Part shown: positions 26,803 to 32,590 of the stretch, one piece after another
Layout of the letters: every line of letters begins with the position of its first letter
Position numbering within the stretch: position 1 is the stretch's first letter
IMG/VR virus record: IMGVR_UViG_2740892422_000012
DNA from: a virus
Lineage: Duplodnaviria; Heunggongvirae; Uroviricota; Caudoviricetes
Strand: one strand, 5' to 3'
DNA length: 32,590 nucleotides
Translations under genes and position numbers: made by a program
Notes under the pieces: model-generated
Seen by the model: only the letters and a program-made list of their open reading frames with translations
The model's database searches: none
What the model was told of the DNA's origin: nothing

Positions 26803-28098
26803 ATGAGCGCACTGTTAACGAAAGCATTTGAAAAGTGGGTTGCCGAATGCACAGCCAGTAATTTACCTGCACGTCCTGACGCCATTATTTTTGCTCTGAT
26901 GGAGCGGGAACCAACGCGCGAAGATACCACCGTTCCGGAAGAAAAAATCACATATGCTGTAAATGAACTGACCTACGGCCAGTTAAGCCCGAACAATATT
27001 GTGTGTAGCGCGGTTGTTCCTGATGACTGTGCATTCAGCTATGACTGGATTTGTCTCATCCATCAGACCAGCGGAACACTGTGCGGCGTAATAAAAACCC
27101 CTGTCCGTCAGAAACATGCTGGCGAGTCACTGGTCAGGAATTTCACGATTACTTATCAGGGCGTGGCTCAGGCTGCGCAAATTACCGTTCCTCCACAGAG
27201 CTGGCAGGTGGATATTACCCCTGAGCTGAAATCAATGCTGAAAGCTCCTAACCGACTGTCAGAAATTGCAGCAGAGGGGGAAGAGGCGCAACAGGAATCC
27301 CGAGACAATCTGGGGTTGAAAGGTGCTGCTTTGCTTGATGTTCAGAGCGATATCTACGACCGCACCGCAGGCCGTCTGGCGTTACCCGGTGCATTCGGAT
27401 ACGGGCATTTATTCTCTTCGTCGGAAGTCGTGTATTTCAGCGCGCAAAATGGCCCCGCCGAATTTCTGAAGTGGGTATTCGAGGTCACACCAGGGCGTTA
27501 TGCGGTAACGCAGTACGGTGGTTCTGGTAATTGGTATAACCCCATCATTGCTTATGATGGGGGGGATGTATATTTCAGGGGGCTTGTAGACATAGATATA
27601 CGACACGGAATTGGTTCAGACGGTATTGAATCAGAAACTGGCCGGTGGATAACTTTTCATGGCGATGCCGAATACACTGGCTGGCATGGTGAGGGGCCGG
27701 CTAAGTATCAGGTATTGGTTACAAAATCAATGTCTTCGGCGACACTTCCCGGGGCATGGTCGCGGCTATTCTGGTCACGCGACCGACTGAGACAACTGTT
27801 ATGTGCAGGAGATACTACATCATGGCGTGCTCCGCAACCGGGTAGCCTGGTTCTTGCCGCATACCTGCCAGATAGCGGCAGCAGTGATGTCACATTACTT
27901 CGCACACAATCTGTGCCGGGATCAAGACTCCGGCAGGTGGTCTTCGAAGCTGAGTATCGCGATTCAGGATTTAGTGCCGCTGCCAGGTCATTTGTCTACG
28001 GAAGTACCCTGCCTGGCACGTATCTCGCTTTATCAGGAGGCCCGAATGTCACGTTTTATAATCGGGGGCTGGTTTCTTTGTTTGTGAGGGTTTCATGA
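26803..28098 (+). CDS. Second tail fiber protein with divergent C-terminal domain
   Basis: N-terminal ~150 aa is a paralog of the first fiber N-terminus (PARPDAIIFAL... vs PARPDTFVFAY...; GQLSPNN...SYDWICLIHQTSGTLCGVIKTP vs GLLSPNA...EYNWIGLLNEESGVLCMIAHTP); C-terminal half unrelated. Confidence 0.7.
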   Translation: MSALLTKAFEKWVAECTASNLPARPDAIIFALMEREPTREDTTVPEEKITYAVNELTYGQLSPNNIVCSAVVPDDCAFSYDWICLIHQTSGTLCGVIKTPVRQKHAGESLVRNFTITYQGVAQAAQITVPPQSWQVDITPELKSMLKAPNRLSEIAAEGEEAQQESRDNLGLKGAALLDVQSDIYDRTAGRLALPGAFGYGHLFSSSEVVYFSAQNGPAEFLKWVFEVTPGRYAVTQYGGSGNWYNPIIAYDGGDVYFRGLVDIDIRHGIGSDGIESETGRWITFHGDAEYTGWHGEGPAKYQVLVTKSMSSATLPGAWSRLFWSRDRLRQLLCAGDTTSWRAPQPGSLVLAAYLPDSGSSDVTLLRTQSVPGSRLRQVVFEAEYRDSGFSAAARSFVYGSTLPGTYLALSGGPNVTFYNRGLVSLFVRVS

Positions 28099-28670
28099 TG
28101 CAAATTAAAAAAATCACCAGTCCCCGCTACACCGAGTCCGGTGCAATTGACTGCGAGGTGCTTTTTGAAGGGATGGAAGAAGCCATTCCGTACACAGCCA
28201 CACCAGAAGACACAGCAACAACAGGCCAGCAAATCTGGCAGGAGCTGCAAAGCGGCAAATGGGGCGAGATTGCCCCGTTCACCGCATCACCTGAACTTAT
28301 CGCAGCAGCAAAAGACGCCAAAAAACGAGAAATTGAGGCGTGGCGCACAGAACAGGAGGCGCAGCCGTTCACGTTCGAATGGAACGGTCGTACCTGGAAC
28401 GCTGGCCCCGACTCAATGGCCCGTCTTTATCCGGTAGTAATGGCGGCGAAATCTGACACGGCGCGGGACGTTATGGCGTGGGGTGACGCCGATAATCAAC
28501 AGGTGAAACTGTCAATACCGGAACTGGAAGAACTGGCGACAGCAATGGCGCAGGCACAGGTCGATCGCAATGACGAGATTTATCGCCGTCAGCGACAGAT
28601 GAAGGACGTGCTGGATAGCCTTAATAATCTTGCCGACATCCGCGCTTTTCAGGCTGGAGAGTCAGAATGA
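28095..28670 (+). CDS. Putative tail fiber chaperone/assembly protein for the second fiber
   Basis: 191-aa acidic ORF coupled (ATGA) to the second fiber gene. Function inferred from position. Confidence 0.4.
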   Translation: MMQIKKITSPRYTESGAIDCEVLFEGMEEAIPYTATPEDTATTGQQIWQELQSGKWGEIAPFTASPELIAAAKDAKKREIEAWRTEQEAQPFTFEWNGRTWNAGPDSMARLYPVVMAAKSDTARDVMAWGDADNQQVKLSIPELEELATAMAQAQVDRNDEIYRRQRQMKDVLDSLNNLADIRAFQAGESE

Positions 28671-29380
28671 AATGGGAAAAGGCAATTCTGCGCCCGTCAG
28701 CCATGAACATTAAATGCTCTGTGGTTTGCCTGCATCCATGGTCAGAAAATACCGGAAACATCAAACCATCGGGGCGTTATCTCAGCCCCGAAAATGCTGT
28801 ATCTGCACTTTTACCCTATCTGAAAGAAAACACAGAAAAGGACATTGTGGCGCTGTTATTTTGCGCTCCTTCTGCTGGCGAGTTTTTATCACTCGCCAGG
28901 CAATTTTCAGGCGCATTTCCGTTGCCGGAGGTGGGACGAATGTCCCGCATGATCTCCAGTCAGCTTTCACTGGCCATCAGCAGAATGCAAATCCCCGCCA
29001 GACCGGCAACATCACTTCCGGAACCGATAATGCTGTCGACACAGACCACTCGCAGCATGTCGCTGGCGGCAACCATTGCACAGGCAGCCACTCCTGCCGC
29101 CACATCACCGGAAACATTGTCATCATCACTGCATCAGTTCATGAATGCGAGAGATAAAGCTCTACAGGAAATCGCTGATCAGCAGGCTGCACTCCGGCAA
29201 AAATTTTGCCCGGTGTGGCGCTTTTGCTACAAGGGAGCCCTCAGCCAGGCCGCAGTGCTGATACAAAAAAACATCCCACACCCTGAGTGGGTTTTTACAG
29301 CTGTGATGCTGTTCGTCGGCGATGATCTCTCATCACTAAGGGAGGCACTACATGACCCAGATGATTGTCCTTGCGCTTGA
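28667..29380 (+). CDS. Hypothetical protein (237 aa) with S/T/A-rich central region
   Basis: ORF coupled to the upstream gene (ATGA), overlaps the next gene by 29 nt; no recognisable family. Confidence 0.4.
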   Translation: MKWEKAILRPSAMNIKCSVVCLHPWSENTGNIKPSGRYLSPENAVSALLPYLKENTEKDIVALLFCAPSAGEFLSLARQFSGAFPLPEVGRMSRMISSQLSLAISRMQIPARPATSLPEPIMLSTQTTRSMSLAATIAQAATPAATSPETLSSSLHQFMNARDKALQEIADQQAALRQKFCPVWRFCYKGALSQAAVLIQKNIPHPEWVFTAVMLFVGDDLSSLREALHDPDDCPCA

Positions 29381-29927
29381 CGGGGAAGCCATTCTGCTGC
29401 GCAACATCACCGTCAGCGCCACCATGCAACTACCGGACAAAGATATGTCCGGACAGTCAACCAGCACCACGAGCGCCCAGCAGGGAAGCAAGGCTAAAGA
29501 GCTGCGCGTGTCGGGGGTTATTGATTTTAACGATGAAGCTATTCTGACCCGTATTTTTCAGCTTGCGGAGGCAACAGAAAGCAATGGCGCGAAAAAAACA
29601 TATCGCATTGCTAACGCTACCGCGAAGGCAATCAATATGCGACAGGGGGTATTTTCTGGTGGCATTGATGCCACGGAACAACAGGGAAAAATGCACTGGC
29701 AGGTCACCTTTACTCTCAGGGAAAAATTAAGCGTGCCAGAGAAAGCGTCTGCACGTAGCGGTTCGCAGAAAACCATCGCCAGACAGCAGACCCAGAACGG
29801 TAGCGAACAGGCACCAGACAAAGGCATGAATACGCAAAGTTCGTTCTGGAAAAAAATCAATGATGCCGTTGGCTCTGGTCTGGATGCTGTTGGCATCGGG
29901 AGCGTGAAAGAGGAAGGGAAAACATGA
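29352..29927 (+). CDS. Putative tail protein (gpU-like position)
   Basis: 191-aa ORF with GGGAGG RBS immediately upstream of the hub/spike gene. Confidence 0.4.
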   Translation: MTQMIVLALDGEAILLRNITVSATMQLPDKDMSGQSTSTTSAQQGSKAKELRVSGVIDFNDEAILTRIFQLAEATESNGAKKTYRIANATAKAINMRQGVFSGGIDATEQQGKMHWQVTFTLREKLSVPEKASARSGSQKTIARQQTQNGSEQAPDKGMNTQSSFWKKINDAVGSGLDAVGIGSVKEEGKT

Positions 29928-31621
29928 AATTGATACAACGCTGCATGATTAATGGCGAACGGGTGGAAATTGCCGATGTAAGCCTTGTTCTCACCCTGAA
30001 TGCCGCCGGTCGTGGCTTCATTTCTGTTAACAATCTGTCATCCGAACACAGCCTTGCCGGCGCAATGGTGCAAATTGATCTCGGTCGTGACGGTGAAGCA
30101 TGGCGCTATTTCTCCGGCTACGTTGAACGCGACCAACCCGCCGAAAATGGTTCGCGCCGCCTTTTTATCCGTGAAGCAGCTGCTGTGCTGGATTTTGATT
30201 TCCCCTGCTCCATGCAACACCCGACGTTGCGGGAGGTGTTAGATAATCTGGGACGACAAAGCGGCATCGTTTTTATCACCCCGGACGCGGATTATGTCAA
30301 CACACCAACCCCCTACATCACCCACAGCGGCAGCGGAACGCAGCTACTCAGCCAGCTGGGGCGCGCATTCAGTATCAGCGATTACGTCTGGCACCCAATG
30401 CCGGACGGTTCTGTATTTGTGGGAAGCGCCGCTGATTCACGATTTGCCAGTATTACGATGCCGGATATTCCGCAACAGTACGCTCTCGGGCAAAGCGGCG
30501 GAAACAGCATCGACATCATGTTCATGGAAACTGTGCGACCGGGCGTGAATCTTCCCGCCGGGCGTATTACCCGCGTAGCCCTCAACAACGAGAAAATGAC
30601 TCTGACGTGGGAGCGCCTTACCGTCACGGGCAGCCCTGTCTCCAAATCACCATTACGCAGACAGATGGAAACACAGTTCCCGGAACTGGCCAGCGGCACA
30701 CTACACACCAGGCTGGCGCGCGTCATTGCACCAACGGAATCCGCCACCCTGGGCGATGTGGCCGACAGCTTCCGTCCACGCTACGCCGTGGACGTGCAAC
30801 TGCTCGATGAGGACGGCAACGATAAAAGCGATACGCCTGTTTACCCGGCAGTCCCACTCCCCGTCCCGATGGCTGGTAGCGAGGCGGGATGTTTTGCCTA
30901 CCCGCCGGCAGGCACCATCGTGGAAATATCTAACATTGAAGGGCGCCCGGATAAACCTGTTATCAGGCAAATCTTACCCGCTGGCCATAACCTGCCTGAT
31001 GTAAAGCCCGGCGAACAACTGCAGCAACAGCGCGCAGAAGTGTTTCAGCGCGTCACGACTGACGGAAGCTGGCACAGAGAAACAGACCAGCAAATCAGGG
31101 AGCAGTCAGCCACCCGCACAATTAACAGTGATGCAGAAGAGCGCACCACAACAACCAGAACAACCACAGTACGGGCAAACGACATAACCAGTGTTCTGGG
31201 AACCAGCAAGCTGGCGGCAGGACAAATAGAGCACCTTACTACCGGCCATTACGCGATCGCAGCCAGCGAGCATATCCAGATGGTAGCGCAGGATTTGCTG
31301 ACTAAACTCAAAGGGGCAATATCCACAATTGAGCAGGACCTGACTGAAAACGTGGGAGGCCGCAGAACATGCCGGGCGGACGGCGGTCTGAAGTTTACAG
31401 CCCCGACAGTATTTATTGGTCGCGGTGGCTCACGGGAAAAATCCGAACTTAATCTGCTGACGTTGTTGATTGATATTCTGGATCTGATTCAATTGCTGGC
31501 CACGCACACTGCAAACCATACCCACAGCAACACTGGCGCACCAATGAACAGCGGCGAACTTGCCGCAGATGCCCTGCAGGCTACGAGCCTGCGCGAAAAA
31601 TACGGGGACCTTATTGCCTGA
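29924..31621 (+). CDS. Baseplate hub / central spike protein (gpD/gpV-like)
   Basis: 565 aa; C-terminus HTANHTHSNTGAPMNSGELAA resembles the histidine-rich spike apex recalled for P2 gpV; last gene of the late operon, followed by a strong terminator. Confidence 0.55.
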   Translation: MKLIQRCMINGERVEIADVSLVLTLNAAGRGFISVNNLSSEHSLAGAMVQIDLGRDGEAWRYFSGYVERDQPAENGSRRLFIREAAAVLDFDFPCSMQHPTLREVLDNLGRQSGIVFITPDADYVNTPTPYITHSGSGTQLLSQLGRAFSISDYVWHPMPDGSVFVGSAADSRFASITMPDIPQQYALGQSGGNSIDIMFMETVRPGVNLPAGRITRVALNNEKMTLTWERLTVTGSPVSKSPLRRQMETQFPELASGTLHTRLARVIAPTESATLGDVADSFRPRYAVDVQLLDEDGNDKSDTPVYPAVPLPVPMAGSEAGCFAYPPAGTIVEISNIEGRPDKPVIRQILPAGHNLPDVKPGEQLQQQRAEVFQRVTTDGSWHRETDQQIREQSATRTINSDAEERTTTTRTTTVRANDITSVLGTSKLAAGQIEHLTTGHYAIAASEHIQMVAQDLLTKLKGAISTIEQDLTENVGGRRTCRADGGLKFTAPTVFIGRGGSREKSELNLLTLLIDILDLIQLLATHTANHTHSNTGAPMNSGELAADALQATSLREKYGDLIA

Positions 31622-31660
31622 TCACCTGGACATAAAAGCCACATAAACGCCCATCACACA

Positions 31661-31685
31661 ACGCACGGCTTCGGCCGTGCGTTTT
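31661..31685 (+). terminator. Intrinsic terminator ending the late tail operon
   Basis: 9-bp GC-rich stem acgcacggc / gccgtgcgt with ttcg tetraloop, followed by a short T-run (ttttc), 40 bp after the hub/spike stop. Confidence 0.65.
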
Positions 31686-31744
31686 CATATCTGCCACCTG
31701 ATTAATGCGTTCTGCGCGCCATTCCGGCGCTGTATGCGCACACC

Positions 31745-31783
31745 GCGTAAACGGTGTGACGTAAAGCGTGAGGTGACGTAAAC
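31745..31783 (+). repeat. Three direct repeats of (G/A)CGTAAA(C/G), possible recombinase arm-type sites
   Basis: gcgtaaac, gacgtaaag, gacgtaaac spaced 13 and 17 bp apart, between the last phage gene and the hok locus. Confidence 0.25.
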
Positions 31784-32162
31784 CGCGCTACCCCCTCCAA
31801 CCCGCGGGTTTTGTGTCGAAACAGTTTTTCAGTTTTCTGCCGTGCAAAACTGACCGCCAGCCCGCGCAGCAACTGAGGAAAAAGCGAAGATCTGAAATTT
31901 CACGCTTTGAAATTTTTTGCAGTTTTCAGAGGGATTTTTACGATCTCATGAATGGCAGGAGAAAGAAAACAGGCTGATATTAAAAGAGTTTTCATACTTT
32001 ACGTGGGACAAGACGCGATCGCGAAAGGATCGCATCAAAAAATCTTCAAACAACGAAGCCAGACGCGGCGCGGCCTGCGTAAGATTGAGAGTCAAAATTA
32101 AACTGAAAAAAGGATCAATACCGCGCCTCGATCGCACATGACGATCTACGCAGCAACAGGAC

Positions 32163-32185
32163 AAAAAAACCGGCGCGAACGCCGG
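32163..32185 (-). terminator. Minus-strand intrinsic terminator
   Basis: Plus strand reads A7 then ccggcg-cgaa-cgccgg; on the minus strand this is a 6-bp GC stem followed by a run of seven U. Confidence 0.45.
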
Positions 32186-32420
32186 CGGAAGCATGTATCA
32201 AATGCGTGACTGAATAATGTCTACGGTCGGGAATTTTATATCAAAAGGCTGACAGGCCTCAACGGATTGAAACAAGGGAAAAAACCAGGCTAGAATTCGC
32301 GCGGGTGCCTTTCGGCTGATGGTCGGAGGGAATACCCGAAGGCCGGATGTGGAAAGGCCCCGGAAAACATTTCTGTTTAACCGAGGCCCTAACATATCTA
32401 CCTTAAGCAAGTGATAGGTT

Positions 32421-32449
32421 AGCGCCTCTCCAACAAAGGAGCAAGCGCT
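32421..32449 (+). promoter_or_regulatory. Hairpin sequestering the hok Shine-Dalgarno sequence
   Basis: agcgc/gcgct and ctcc/ggag pairings place the GGAG Shine-Dalgarno (32438..32441) in a stem directly upstream of the hok ATG. Confidence 0.4.
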
Positions 32450-32590
32450 ATGTCGCAAAAATCGCTTACGGCCATCACGTTCTGCGTGACGGTAATCCTC
32501 ATCATCTGGATGCTGCACGGCTCGCTGTGTGAAATACGGATGAGCTTCTGGGGAGCGGAGTTTGCGGCGTTCTTACAGTGTAAACAGTAA
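32450..32590 (+). CDS. hok: Hok/Gef-family type I toxin (small membrane peptide)
   Basis: Not in the ORF track. 46-aa product MSQKSLTAITFCVTVILIIWMLHGSLCEIRMSFWGAEFAAFLQCKQ has one transmembrane helix and the SLCEIR ... AAFL pattern of Hok-family toxins (closest by eye to HokA). Stop is the last codon of the window. Confidence 0.8.
   Translation: MSQKSLTAITFCVTVILIIWMLHGSLCEIRMSFWGAEFAAFLQCKQ

Noticed and set aside
31917-32141. 74-aa plus-strand ORF in the right flank
   Set aside because: Low-complexity lysine/arginine-rich translation, no RBS, overlaps an equally poor minus-strand frame.
32400-32452. Overlapping mok-like reading frame for hok
   Set aside because: Both alternative plus frames upstream of hok contain no ATG, GTG or TTG start before running into stops.
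1-32590. CRISPR arrays, tRNA or rRNA genes, insertion sequences
   Set aside because: No regularly spaced direct repeats, no cloverleaf-like candidates and no transposase-like ORFs were seen by eye; a tRNA-derived att core cannot be excluded without the left junction.

Overview
This window is almost one complete integrated P2-family temperate prophage (about 31.6 kb) on the + strand coordinate system, followed by about 0.8 kb of structured non-coding DNA and a Hok-family type I toxin gene at the right edge. Left to right: a P2-type integrase (minus strand, ending at position 1, so attL lies outside the window), C-like immunity repressor and divergent Cox-like gene, a run of small early genes, a large HUH rolling-circle replication initiator (gene A homolog), an accessory operon (plasmid-type ParM/ParR partition pair, a 95-aa unknown, a cysteine-less Rrf2-family regulator), a relocated Ogr/Delta zinc-finger late activator, then P2-type head genes (Q portal and P terminase on minus; O scaffold, N capsid, M small terminase, L head completion on plus). 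The tail module is not in P2 order: sheath, tube, an embedded lysis cassette (holin, 35-aa peptide, M15 endolysin), tail chaperone with a -1 frameshift site, tape measure, baseplate J/I-like genes, two tandem tail-fiber plus chaperone pairs, and a hub/spike protein. The most interesting candidates are the partition-like accessory operon sitting where P2 carries its tin/old cargo, an anomalously long ORF (3322..4251) that runs through a hairpin- and repeat-rich segment, and the hok locus with a Shine-Dalgarno-sequestering hairpin. All homology statements are from motif recognition by eye and recalled protein sequences; no database search was run.
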